A stretch of DNA of 63,848 bases, the filler included, from Lama guanicoe (taxonomy: Eukaryota): NCBI GenBank assembly GCA_013239625.1. It is 194 parts of 194 records of this genome, joined end to end, with 100 filler letters (N's around TTAATTAATTAA, not from the genome) between each part and the next. Parts side by side here need not be neighbours in the genome. Positions count along the whole stretch, not along the records: positions 25,343 to 25,572 come from PNXV01043520.1; positions 25,673 to 25,902 come from PNXV01043521.1; positions 26,003 to 26,232 come from PNXV01043522.1; positions 26,333 to 26,562 come from PNXV01043523.1; positions 26,663 to 26,892 come from PNXV01043524.1; positions 26,993 to 27,222 come from PNXV01043525.1; positions 27,323 to 27,552 come from PNXV01043526.1; positions 27,653 to 27,882 come from PNXV01043527.1; 186 more parts are not named here. One strand, 5' to 3'. The notes beneath the pieces are model-generated. The model did no database searches and was not told where the DNA came from. It saw only the letters and a list, made by a program, of their open reading frames with translations. Shown piece by piece: positions 25,343-37,040 of the stretch. Position 1 is the first letter of the stretch. Each line of letters starts with the position of its first letter. A program made the position numbers and the translations under genes.

Positions 25343-25572
25343 CAGTCAGAATGGCCATCCTAAAAAAGTCTATAAAGAATAAATGCTGGAGAGAGTGTGG
25401 AGAAAAGGGGATCCTCCTACACTGTTGGTGGTAATGTAAACTGGTTCAGTCATTTTGGAGAAGAGTATGGAGGTTCCCCCCCAAAAAAACTAAAAATCAT
25501 CTTACTACATGACTGAGCAACCTCACTCCTGGGGATATATCTGGGTAAATCTATAACCCAAATAGACACATG
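25343..25572 (+). mobile_element. LINE-1 ORF2 3' fragment
   Basis: cagtcagaatggccatc...aaatgctggagagagtgtggagaaaaggg...cctacactgttggtgg. Confidence 0.9.
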
Positions 25573-26354
25573 NNNNNNNNNNNNNNNNNNNNNNNNNNNN
25601 NNNNNNNNNNNNNNNNTTAATTAATTAANNNNNNNNNNNNNNNNNNNNNNNNNNNNNNNNNNNNNNNNNNNNAGGAGGGCCATTTCTTCAAGTTTTCATA
25701 AGCTAGAAATTGATTTTTTTTAAAATATGAAATCTATCGGTTTTGAAATATTTGCAGCTAAGGTAAAGTTTTAAAGGAGTGTGAGGTCAAAGAAAATAAT
25801 TGAACCGGCCAAACTGCCACCAGTTTGCAAGCTTTGGTTATAAGGCAAATATCTGGGACCCTAGAGGGAAAGGGCTTACCTTATTCTAAGAGATACAGAT
25901 CCNNNNNNNNNNNNNNNNNNNNNNNNNNNNNNNNNNNNNNNNNNNNTTAATTAATTAANNNNNNNNNNNNNNNNNNNNNNNNNNNNNNNNNNNNNNNNNN
26001 NNGGGGACAGGTCACGCGGGGCCGGGGTGGGGGGCACTGGGAAAGGGACCGTCGGCCATCACAGGCCAGCCCCAGCCCAATGGCCATAGGGGCGCCGGGT
26101 GCACATTAGGAAGGACCTGGCCGGAGTGTCACCGTGAAAGCGCGGCCTGGGGACCCGCAGAAGCGCCCACCAGGGGCCTGACAGCCTCTTACTGGGCAAA
26201 GAGCCCACAAGTTGAAGTCCGCACGGGGCGATNNNNNNNNNNNNNNNNNNNNNNNNNNNNNNNNNNNNNNNNNNNNTTAATTAATTAANNNNNNNNNNNN
26301 NNNNNNNNNNNNNNNNNNNNNNNNNNNNNNNNAGTTTGTCACTGTAGTCCTGGC

Positions 26355-26415
26355 ACTTACTGCCTTGCCTGGCACGTATGAGATACTCAATAAACATGTA
26401 TTGAATGAGTGAATC
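26355..26415 (+). mobile_element. LINE-2 3' tail
   Basis: tgcctggcacgtat...ctcaataaacatgtattgaatgagtgaat. Confidence 0.7.
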
Positions 26416-26992
26416 ATGCATTATGGCCAAGAAGCAGGATAGTCAGTTAAGGTAATTTTTTTACATTCAATTTTTTATTTTTTCTATTTTATTACTTTTT
26501 TGTTTTATTTGTATTGGGAGGTTAATTAGGTTTATTTTTTTATTTTTAATGGAAGGATTGAANNNNNNNNNNNNNNNNNNNNNNNNNNNNNNNNNNNNNN
26601 NNNNNNTTAATTAATTAANNNNNNNNNNNNNNNNNNNNNNNNNNNNNNNNNNNNNNNNNNNNACTTAGAACAATGAAAACTGAGTATAATCAGTGGCAAT
26701 TTGGCGCTAAATGCCACGATCTTGTTAACATTTATTTACTCATTTGATATTTTATACGTTTATTTAAAGTTCTTTAACAGTTTACCTCTACAGTTTCAAC
26801 CTGTTTACATACATGTGGTTTTTCCTATTTTAAAATTCAACTAGTAAAGTCCTAATTCAAGTATAAAATAACAAAACTAATGCCACCTACTANNNNNNNN
26901 NNNNNNNNNNNNNNNNNNNNNNNNNNNNNNNNNNNNTTAATTAATTAANNNNNNNNNNNNNNNNNNNNNNNNNNNNNNNNNNNNNNNNNNNN

Positions 26993-27060
26993 ATTCCCAG
27001 TACCTCCATTAAAAAATAAACATGTAAATAAACCTAATTATCTCCCCCATTAAAAAAAAT
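26993..27060 (+). mobile_element. Vic-1-like SINE 3' part
   Basis: cccagtacctccattaaaaaataaa...aaataaacctaattatctccccc matches the tails at 48553, 53486 and 61969; a reverse-oriented tail also occurs at about 26516-26562. Confidence 0.75.
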
Positions 27061-27322
27061 CATACAGACAAAATTTTAAAATTTTTAAATAAAATTTTTA
27101 AATAAATTAAAAAAAAATTTAAGTAGCGAATTACTAGCAATAGGTCAATGACTTTCTATTGTTGATGAAAAATAAATAGTTAATATAAGAAAGAAATAGA
27201 AAATTGCATTCTAGCCAATCTGNNNNNNNNNNNNNNNNNNNNNNNNNNNNNNNNNNNNNNNNNNNNTTAATTAATTAANNNNNNNNNNNNNNNNNNNNNN
27301 NNNNNNNNNNNNNNNNNNNNNN

Positions 27323-27552
27323 CCCGGGGAGGCCGGGAGGGAGCCCGGGGCCCGCGGACCCCAGCCCCCGTCCGCCCGCAGGCCTCCCGCAGGAGGAGCG
27401 CAGCCGGCCCACTGCGGCGGCGCGGGGCCCGGGTCGCGGTGGGGTTGGTGACGGGGCAGCGGGGAGGGTCCCCGACCTCCGGCGGCGGGGAGGGGAGGGG
27501 GCCGACCTCGCGAGGGCCCCGCCGCCCGCCTGCAGCCGCCGCCACCTGCTCG
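27323..27552. promoter_or_regulatory. CpG-island fragment
   Basis: Very high GC with dense CpG; no recognisable protein in any frame. Confidence 0.7.
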
Positions 27553-27652
27553 NNNNNNNNNNNNNNNNNNNNNNNNNNNNNNNNNNNNNNNNNNNNTTAA
27601 TTAATTAANNNNNNNNNNNNNNNNNNNNNNNNNNNNNNNNNNNNNNNNNNNN

Positions 27653-27882
27653 CCCCTGGAGCAAGTAGCTCATAAGGTCACGTGCGGCCGGATCTGTTTA
27701 CAAGCCCCGCGCTGCCACGGCGCCTGCCACCCGCCCCGGCCTCCCCCAAACCTGGAGCGAGGCCCCGCGCCGCGCCTGTGGCTCTCTGCAGAAGAGGCGC
27801 GAGTTCCGTGAGGCCTGGTAGGTGGTCAGGCCACGTGTGTGGGATGTCCCCGCCCCTCCTCCTTCTCTCCTGACCGCCTGGA
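27653..27882. promoter_or_regulatory. CpG-rich promoter-like fragment with two E-boxes and a GC box
   Basis: GTCACGTG at 27677-27684, CACGTG at 27832-27837 and CCCCGCCC at 27848-27855. Confidence 0.5.
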
Positions 27883-27982
27883 NNNNNNNNNNNNNNNNNN
27901 NNNNNNNNNNNNNNNNNNNNNNNNNNTTAATTAATTAANNNNNNNNNNNNNNNNNNNNNNNNNNNNNNNNNNNNNNNNNNNN

Positions 27983-28212
27983 TTCAGCCCTACTCCCTGC
28001 CACTGGTGAAGGGAGAAGGGCTGGATATTGAGTTAATCACCAATGGCCAATGAGCTAAACAATCATGCCTATTTGATGGAACCTGTATTCAAACCCTAAA
28101 CAGGGAGCTCAGAGACTATCAGGCTTGGTGAATAGGTCTAGGTGCTAGGAAGATGGCATCCCTGGAGAGGGCACAGAAGCACCACATCCCTTCCCACATA
28201 TCTTGTCCTATC
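27983..28212. mobile_element. MER21-like LTR; near-duplicate of 30292-30521
   Basis: gggctggatattgagttaatcaccaatggccaatga...caatcatgccta is the MER21 signature; 5 substitutions versus the other copy. Confidence 0.8.
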
Positions 28213-28989
28213 NNNNNNNNNNNNNNNNNNNNNNNNNNNNNNNNNNNNNNNNNNNNTTAATTAATTAANNNNNNNNNNNNNNNNNNNNNNNNNNNNNNNN
28301 NNNNNNNNNNNNCACAGTCTACAGTGATCTTTGTGGTAAAATTGCAGAATACAATTTGGGATCGCGTAACTCCAGGAACTCTGGTAGAGGAATGCGCCCG
28401 GTGAGCGATGAGAAAATGAAAGACACAGTTGGGGTGAGGCGTGTGCCGGGTCCTGCTGCACACCCGCTGTGGGCTGCAGGTCTCAGGACCCCCGGTCCTG
28501 CCATGGAGACCAAGGTCACTAAGGGTCGACCCTGAGGAAGTGNNNNNNNNNNNNNNNNNNNNNNNNNNNNNNNNNNNNNNNNNNNNTTAATTAATTAANN
28601 NNNNNNNNNNNNNNNNNNNNNNNNNNNNNNNNNNNNNNNNNNCAGCATCTGTATCTCCCTTATGGAGCTGCTGGGGGCTCACTGCTGCATGCAGAGCACA
28701 GAGACGCCCAGCAAACATGGCGCCCTGTGACTTCCCCTCTCCCACCTGCACCCATCCGTCCCACCCCTGCCATCTGCCCCTTACCTTCTCATACAAGAAA
28801 CTGCCTTATACAATTTGTTCTTTTCCTCTAATAATACTTCCCAAATTCTCCTTCTAACTGTACACCCACAACNNNNNNNNNNNNNNNNNNNNNNNNNNNN
28901 NNNNNNNNNNNNNNNNTTAATTAATTAANNNNNNNNNNNNNNNNNNNNNNNNNNNNNNNNNNNNNNNNNNNNCTAGCAAAAATGGTGCT

Positions 28990-29201
28990 GCTAGAAATAG
29001 ACTCAAGGACATAGAAACCAAACTGTGGTTAGCAGAAAGGAAAGGGGGGATTAACAGATACACATTAAAAAACATAAAATAAATGACAAGGACCTACTAT
29101 ATAGCACAGGGAACTCTATTCAAGTTCTTGTAATGGGTTGTACTAAAAACAATCTGAAAAATATTTATATACATATGCATATGTTTATAACTGAATCTCT
29201 G
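28990..29201 (+). mobile_element. LINE-1 3'UTR
   Basis: aatagactc...gacatagaaaccaaact...acaaggacctactatatagcacagggaactctattcaa. Confidence 0.85.
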
Positions 29202-29631
29202 NNNNNNNNNNNNNNNNNNNNNNNNNNNNNNNNNNNNNNNNNNNNTTAATTAATTAANNNNNNNNNNNNNNNNNNNNNNNNNNNNNNNNNNNNNNNNNNN
29301 NGGGTGGGAGGGGGTCGCAGGTGAATGGCTGGCGACTCACTCCTGGTGTAACTAGCAATATTGTAAAAGACTAGATTCTCATGGCTTCTTTCTCTTTCCT
29401 CAGCTGCATCTGCTCTGTTTTAAGAGTGCCCCTGCGTGAGAATACAGAGGCGGCCCCCTGGTGCTGAGTTCCTGGCGATGACACTACAGGTGAGAAGGGA
29501 CTTGTCTTACTCCGGAATTAGTCCATCTTTTNNNNNNNNNNNNNNNNNNNNNNNNNNNNNNNNNNNNNNNNNNNNTTAATTAATTAANNNNNNNNNNNNN
29601 NNNNNNNNNNNNNNNNNNNNNNNNNNNNNNN

Positions 29632-29800
29632 GAAGGACCAGGCCCAGGACTTAATAGTCTGAGTGGATAACCTTCAAAGATAGTTGCCAATCAAGGCAGG
29701 TCTGTTATGCAAAGGTCAAGGCACTGTTTGGGAAAATCCGGGTCCCTGACAAGTGAGATGGAGACATCTCAGCAGATGCTGCCAAAGATTTTTCCTCCCC
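29632..29800 (+). mobile_element. ERV-L/MaLR internal gag-like fragment, degenerate
   Basis: caggcccaggacttaatagtctgagtgg...aggcaggtctgttatgcaaaggtcaaggcactgtttgggaaa...gatggagacatct resembles recalled ERV-L gag. Confidence 0.6.
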
Positions 29801-30291
29801 AGACTCCTGAACTTTCTGAGCCTGCAGTCTCAGCCCACTTCTTTCTGTTTAGGTGAAGCACNNNNNNNNNNNNNNNNNNNNNNNNNNNNNNNNNNNNNNN
29901 NNNNNTTAATTAATTAANNNNNNNNNNNNNNNNNNNNNNNNNNNNNNNNNNNNNNNNNNNNAGACAGAACCGAGAGTCACCATGAGCCAGGACGGCAGCC
30001 TCAGCCCACAAAGAGAAGGCTGCGTCCAGTAAGGACGCAGCCCCCTAGGATGCAGACCAAGTCCCCATCAAACCTTCACTGTCCCTACCTCTGATGGCCC
30101 AGCTTTAAACTCAAAATCCTGGGCAGAAGTCTCTGCTAGCAGGTACCCACTTAAACCCATTCAGCAGGGACCCACAGACTTAGAAAGGGGTNNNNNNNNN
30201 NNNNNNNNNNNNNNNNNNNNNNNNNNNNNNNNNNNTTAATTAATTAANNNNNNNNNNNNNNNNNNNNNNNNNNNNNNNNNNNNNNNNNNNN

Positions 30292-30521
30292 TTCAGCCCT
30301 ACTCCCTGCCACTGGTGAAGGGAGAAGGGCTGGATATTGAATTAATCACCAATGGCCAATGAGCTCAACAATCATGCCTATTTGATGGAACCTGTATACA
30401 AACCCTAAACAGGGAGCTCAGAGACTATCAGGCTTGGTGAACAGGTCTAGGTGCTAGGAAGATGGCATCCCCGGAGAGGGCACAGAAGCACCACATCCCT
30501 TCCCACATATCTTGTCCTATC
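30292..30521. mobile_element. MER21-like LTR; near-duplicate of 27983-28212
   Basis: Same endpoints as 27983-28212 with 5 substitutions. Confidence 0.8.
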
Positions 30522-30621
30522 NNNNNNNNNNNNNNNNNNNNNNNNNNNNNNNNNNNNNNNNNNNNTTAATTAATTAANNNNNNNNNNNNNNNNNNNNNNN
30601 NNNNNNNNNNNNNNNNNNNNN

Positions 30622-30851
30622 GATCATGCCCTTGCATCAACCACTCAATGAGTCTGTCATATTTAGAAGACAGTTCAAACCCTGATCTTGACCTTTCAGA
30701 CCTAATGACCTAGCTCCAGGGTACCTCTCCATCTAACTTCCCACCTCTCTGCCCAGCTCACCCAACCACACTGGCCTCTGGCACATTCCTCGGTCTTGCC
30801 AAGCAAATGCTCGCCTCAGGACCTTTGTATCTGCTCTTTCCTGGAAGACCC
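30622..30851 (+). mobile_element. LINE-2 fragment
   Basis: ccacactggcctct...gccaagc...gcctcaggacctttgtatctgct...cctggaa is the L2 3' region motif. Confidence 0.7.
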
Positions 30852-33800
30852 NNNNNNNNNNNNNNNNNNNNNNNNNNNNNNNNNNNNNNNNNNNNTTAAT
30901 TAATTAANNNNNNNNNNNNNNNNNNNNNNNNNNNNNNNNNNNNNNNNNNNNAACACCACCAGAGATAGGAAGACACAAATCAGGGAACCCCAAGGGACAA
31001 AGCAGCCTTCTAATTACTCTACCTGCTGCTGTCTGTTGACATGAATAAGAATGCTGTTCACTTAGGAGCCCACGTGGGTTAGTCAAGATCAGGTATGGGT
31101 GGATTCTGCTTCTGGCAGAACCTCGGGCGCTGCAGGAAGGACCCTGGAAGATGCTCTGCACCCTTCATGCCATCAGTCTCCNNNNNNNNNNNNNNNNNNN
31201 NNNNNNNNNNNNNNNNNNNNNNNNNTTAATTAATTAANNNNNNNNNNNNNNNNNNNNNNNNNNNNNNNNNNNNNNNNNNNNTCTCACTGGTTCTTAACTT
31301 CTCTGGGATAATGAACCCTTTGAAAATCTACAAATGTTATGGACTGTTTACTAAAAAGATAAACACACAGAATATATGTATGCAATTTCACCTAACCAAT
31401 GATCTCAAATAAGGATCTGTGTTCCTGTGCCCCAGACTACCTACCACTTACACAAATTTCCTTCTCCAGATTCTACGTCCCTCTTATTTTCAGGATGCCT
31501 TGTGGATACAANNNNNNNNNNNNNNNNNNNNNNNNNNNNNNNNNNNNNNNNNNNNTTAATTAATTAANNNNNNNNNNNNNNNNNNNNNNNNNNNNNNNNN
31601 NNNNNNNNNNNCATTTCAGTTTATAATAAATGAAATGAGTATATTTTCCAGTTGGCTAATCAGCAAGTGAAAGTCACTCTTCCAGACCACTAGGAGAATT
31701 TTCTGACTATGATATAGTAATGCAGGAAGTAGCATACAGTGAACACCGAAGAACTGATTAGAATCATACTTTCCATGCAAAATTAAGTAGATACTTGGGA
31801 AATAAATTCTGTACTTTAATTATTATTAGGTTGATGCGATGNNNNNNNNNNNNNNNNNNNNNNNNNNNNNNNNNNNNNNNNNNNNTTAATTAATTAANNN
31901 NNNNNNNNNNNNNNNNNNNNNNNNNNNNNNNNNNNNNNNNNCCGAGTTGCAGCTTGTACCTCCCCATATATATGTATGTAGTGGAGTTTGAAACTAAGGA
32001 GAAAATTTTCGTTCCCATCAAACATGGTGAAGGACGGATTTCACAAATGATTATCTCTCAAAATGTGTCAGAGGAGAGTCATAACTTCATCTAGCAGAAA
32101 GGGAACTGGTTGCAGGAGAATTAATGACTCTGGTTTCTCTGAATTTTTCCTAGTGCCGTTTTCAAGTTCCNNNNNNNNNNNNNNNNNNNNNNNNNNNNNN
32201 NNNNNNNNNNNNNNTTAATTAATTAANNNNNNNNNNNNNNNNNNNNNNNNNNNNNNNNNNNNNNNNNNNNGGGTAGCCAATTCTTAGAAATTGTAAATAA
32301 CTCCTTGGGAACATGTCTTCCACATGAGTCTAAACCCCACACCCCAATTCTTCCTTATCTGACACAGACCTTAGCATAGCACCTAGTAAATACCTATGCA
32401 TGTGTGGGGTCAGAGGGTATATGAGAATATTAGCCAGTAGTCTGGGAGATGGTACTAGTGAGGGTAGGAGCAGAGGTGTCCCTAACTCTTCCCAAAGCCC
32501 NNNNNNNNNNNNNNNNNNNNNNNNNNNNNNNNNNNNNNNNNNNNTTAATTAATTAANNNNNNNNNNNNNNNNNNNNNNNNNNNNNNNNNNNNNNNNNNNN
32601 GATCTGAAAGGCGTCTGGGTGGAAACACACAGGGTGCTGTTTAAAACTAAACTGCTGTTTACCAAAACGAGACACTGAATGTGTTAATCACATAAATAGT
32701 TTACTTCTGACATTTAAATAAGGGACGTGTGAGTCTTGTGGGAAGAAGGTAGGGAGGGGCGGTACAGGCCCCGCCCACTCATCCAGGAGCCCTGAGAAGG
32801 CCGCGGGGGCCAAGGCCAGCCTTGGGTGGGNNNNNNNNNNNNNNNNNNNNNNNNNNNNNNNNNNNNNNNNNNNNTTAATTAATTAANNNNNNNNNNNNNN
32901 NNNNNNNNNNNNNNNNNNNNNNNNNNNNNNATGTATGACTCTGAGGGGGATACAGCTCAACCCGCAACATAAGCCTGAGCATGACGTGCTGAATCAATTC
33001 ACCTTTGCCCAGAAACGTTAGATTACGACTGAAAGAAGCTGTTTTCAGATTTGTTCAAACCATTTGGTTTGCCTTTGCTTTATCTGCCTATTTGTTTTCT
33101 TGAGCACCTGTTATTTACAAAGCACCGTGATGAGGCCGAGAAAAGCATACAGAGGAAGTANNNNNNNNNNNNNNNNNNNNNNNNNNNNNNNNNNNNNNNN
33201 NNNNTTAATTAATTAANNNNNNNNNNNNNNNNNNNNNNNNNNNNNNNNNNNNNNNNNNNNTAAGGGGGAGGGGCTTCCTGCTGGAACTGGGGATTCCCTT
33301 TTCCCTTCTAACTCTCAGATGGCCCCTAGGGACAAGTTAGACTTTGCTCTTGGTGACTCACATCTCACTTTCTCGATGCATGACAAGAAGAAAGAAATAA
33401 CATTGTTTATTTGCAGATGAGATTTGAACAGCCCTCAGGATCTTTTCACTCACCAGCTTACCATGGGACGCATATTCCTTCCTGGGAGATNNNNNNNNNN
33501 NNNNNNNNNNNNNNNNNNNNNNNNNNNNNNNNNNTTAATTAATTAANNNNNNNNNNNNNNNNNNNNNNNNNNNNNNNNNNNNNNNNNNNNCCACCACCCC
33601 TCTGTCACAGCGTGTGCTCACAGGACAGCTCTGCCTTTGATGGCAGGCAACAGCGAACAGGTCATTCAGAAAAAGGGAGTGGATTTGGAGCCGTGCGCAG
33701 AAACCACTACACCTAGAGGGGCTGAGTGTGAAAGGCGGCCCAAGGAGGCTCAACGCACATCATGTTTCAGGACGTTAAAACCTCAGCCCTGGAGCCAGCA

Positions 33801-34580
33801 CAGGGCTGCACTGGTTCCCANNNNNNNNNNNNNNNNNNNNNNNNNNNNNNNNNNNNNNNNNNNNTTAATTAATTAANNNNNNNNNNNNNNNNNNNNNNNN
33901 NNNNNNNNNNNNNNNNNNNNGCATTAGGGTTTATGAAAAGGAACAAATGACTAGAAGAGTTTTCTGGGAGAAAGGAAAATAGGATTGAAAGAATAGACTG
34001 AGCACAGAATGTCTTTTCTTACAAAAGCTTTTAAACATACAACAAAAGTAGAGAGAATACTAAGTGAAATTCTATATTTTCATCACCTAGAGTCTACAAT
34101 TATCAATAACTTGCCACACTTCCTTCTAGTCCCCTTTCTTCTCTTCCTCTNNNNNNNNNNNNNNNNNNNNNNNNNNNNNNNNNNNNNNNNNNNNTTAATT
34201 AATTAANNNNNNNNNNNNNNNNNNNNNNNNNNNNNNNNNNNNNNNNNNNNCTAATGTCATAATCTGTTTATCAGTATCAATTCAGTTTAATTTAGCAAAC
34301 TCTATGCTAATGTGATTAAAGTCATCTTCACTTTTGCCTCCTTTTATCTGATTTCCCGACTTTTTAGTTCTGTTGCACGAATATCCCACCGCCTTTCACT
34401 GTTGCCGCTGTCCCAGTCTGGGCTTCTACCGTCTTTTGTCCAGGAGAACAGGGTCTTCCTGCCTTACCTCCCTGCCCCCANNNNNNNNNNNNNNNNNNNN
34501 NNNNNNNNNNNNNNNNNNNNNNNNTTAATTAATTAANNNNNNNNNNNNNNNNNNNNNNNNNNNNNNNNNNNNNNNNNNNN

Positions 34581-34810
34581 GTGTGTGTGTGTGTGTGTAT
34601 CAATCACTTTGCTGTGCACCTGAAACATTGTAAATCAACTATACCTCAATAAAAATATAAAAATTTTTAAAACAAACTAAAAAACAATAGTTACTTGAAG
34701 ATGACTTGTAGTAAACTGTGATGAAAAAGAATATACGTATGTGTATAACTGAATCACTGTACTGTACACCAGAAACCAATACAACATTGTAAATCAACTA
34801 TACTTCAATT
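34581..34810 (+). mobile_element. (GT)n followed by two LINE-1 3' termini in tandem
   Basis: acattgtaaatcaactatac occurs twice (about 34625 and 34783), each preceded by a tcac...tgtgcacc/tgtacacc L1 terminal motif. Confidence 0.8.
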
Positions 34811-34911
34811 NNNNNNNNNNNNNNNNNNNNNNNNNNNNNNNNNNNNNNNNNNNNTTAATTAATTAANNNNNNNNNNNNNNNNNNNNNNNNNNNNNNNNNN
34901 NNNNNNNNNNG

Positions 34912-35139
34912 GCCGAGGCGCGCGCGGCCGACTGCGAGGAGCAGCGGCGCTGGCTCGACGGCCTTTTCTTCCCCCGCGGCGGCCGCTTTCCGCGGGGCCT
35001 CAGCCCGCCAGGGCGCTCCCCGGGCCGCCGCGACGACGCGGCCCCCGGCCCGGGCCTGGCGCCCTCGGCCACGCTCGTGTCGCTGTCGTCCGTGTCCGAC
35101 TGCAACTCCACGCGTTCGCTGCTGCGCTCCGACAGCCAC
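34912..35139 (+). CDS. MAP3K10: Mitogen-activated protein kinase kinase kinase 10 (MLK2), internal exon fragment from the C-terminal region
   Basis: Open + frame [75 protein letters not shown] matches recalled human MLK2 ([25 protein letters not shown]...[26 protein letters not shown]). Absent from the ORF track because it has no start codon. Confidence 0.9.
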
Positions 35140-36890
35140 ANNNNNNNNNNNNNNNNNNNNNNNNNNNNNNNNNNNNNNNNNNNNTTAATTAATTAANNNN
35201 NNNNNNNNNNNNNNNNNNNNNNNNNNNNNNNNNNNNNNNNCCCGAGCCAACCTTTCCCTGTGCATTAAGCTTTCTGACCTTTATTGAAATAACAAAACAG
35301 TTATTCAAAGGACACGAGGATGAATTCAGGGCAACTTTCTATTTGCCAACACTCAAGGCGGCCTGGGGGTGAGAGCTTGCCTGCCTTTCTCAGAGGGCTG
35401 CTCTGGAAGAGTGTTTACAAAGCTCCGGCCCTCTCAGGAGGGTGTTGAATTATGATTTTTTTTAAAAAAANNNNNNNNNNNNNNNNNNNNNNNNNNNNNN
35501 NNNNNNNNNNNNNNTTAATTAATTAANNNNNNNNNNNNNNNNNNNNNNNNNNNNNNNNNNNNNNNNNNNNAGGGTATCATCTATTTTTATGCCTTTGTAA
35601 ATAAATGATCTTCACTTGAATAAGAATCATTTGCTTCTTGATTCCTTAGTATTTATAATTTTCTACAACTTCTTATGTTCACATTATGGTTGAAAAGGCA
35701 CCATCTATGGACGGTCAATACTGTTACTGTGACCTTATTTAAGGACTTACGTCGCCAAGTCTTCAGAAAGTGCTTGTGAAAAGTCATGAAAGACATGGTG
35801 NNNNNNNNNNNNNNNNNNNNNNNNNNNNNNNNNNNNNNNNNNNNTTAATTAATTAANNNNNNNNNNNNNNNNNNNNNNNNNNNNNNNNNNNNNNNNNNNN
35901 TAAACTAAATTTTTCCCACCTCTAAAATATCAGCTATATACAGTTTTCTTGGTTTTCCTCCCCTATGCCTTTTAAAATTTTTCATGGTTGTAATCATACT
36001 CTAAACTTTGTTGTTTGTCTTATCCTTTTTCTATTTTGCTATAGAATCACTATAATTTTTGATTCTGGTGCAATCAAATACAATTTTTAAATGGAATTTT
36101 TCAATAAACATGTTCTTAGAATATCTAATANNNNNNNNNNNNNNNNNNNNNNNNNNNNNNNNNNNNNNNNNNNNTTAATTAATTAANNNNNNNNNNNNNN
36201 NNNNNNNNNNNNNNNNNNNNNNNNNNNNNNTAGGGTCTTAAACGGTCTGGTGACTTTCTTTTCTAAAAATTACTAAGTCGTTTACTTTCTATAATTTCAA
36301 ATATACATATATATATTTAAGTTGAACTGAATTGAGGTATAGATGTGTACTTTCACAGAATTGCATAAATGTGATCACATTGTACATAACTTTTCATACA
36401 AATTGTGAATCTTTCCCCATTTTTCCCTTAGCACCTTCTCCTCCTCTCCAGTCCCTTCCANNNNNNNNNNNNNNNNNNNNNNNNNNNNNNNNNNNNNNNN
36501 NNNNTTAATTAATTAANNNNNNNNNNNNNNNNNNNNNNNNNNNNNNNNNNNNNNNNNNNNAGAGAGGAAAAGGAAAGAGCAAGGGAGAAAAAGAGAAAGC
36601 AAGTGAGAGCGAGGGAGGGAGAAAGAGAATTCGAGAAAGCCAGAAAGTGGGTAAAGACAGTGTGCTCTGGCTGCCTTGCAGGACTGAGCAGTCCTCGCCG
36701 TGGGTGTCAAAAGCACGTGGTGCCACTTCAGGGGTCACTCGGTTCTGAGTTACAAGTTGTCTCTGGCTTCCCACCTGCCCTCACGGGACTNNNNNNNNNN
36801 NNNNNNNNNNNNNNNNNNNNNNNNNNNNNNNNNNTTAATTAATTAANNNNNNNNNNNNNNNNNNNNNNNNNNNNNNNNNNNNNNNNNNNN

Positions 36891-37040
36891 GCTTTCCTCT
36901 CTTGTTTCATCCGACTTTGTTCTATTCTTCCTTTCTTAACTTCCCTCTTCCTTTCTTTGTTCCTCTCTTCCTTTCCTTCCTTTCTTTCCTCTCTTTCTTT
37001 TTCTTTCTTCCTTCCTTCCTCTCTCTCTCTTTTTCTTTAT
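36891..37040 (+). repeat. Pyrimidine-rich (CT/CCTT/CTTT)n low-complexity tract
   Basis: Direct inspection. Confidence 0.9.

Noticed and set aside
28313..28409. Possible exon end QSTVIFVVKLQNTIWDRVTPGTLVEECAR before GTGAGC
   Set aside because: No recognisable family and only a moderate donor site.
34855..35139. Minus-strand Arg/Gly/Ala-rich ORFs
   Set aside because: Antisense shadows of the GC-rich MAP3K10 exon on the + strand.
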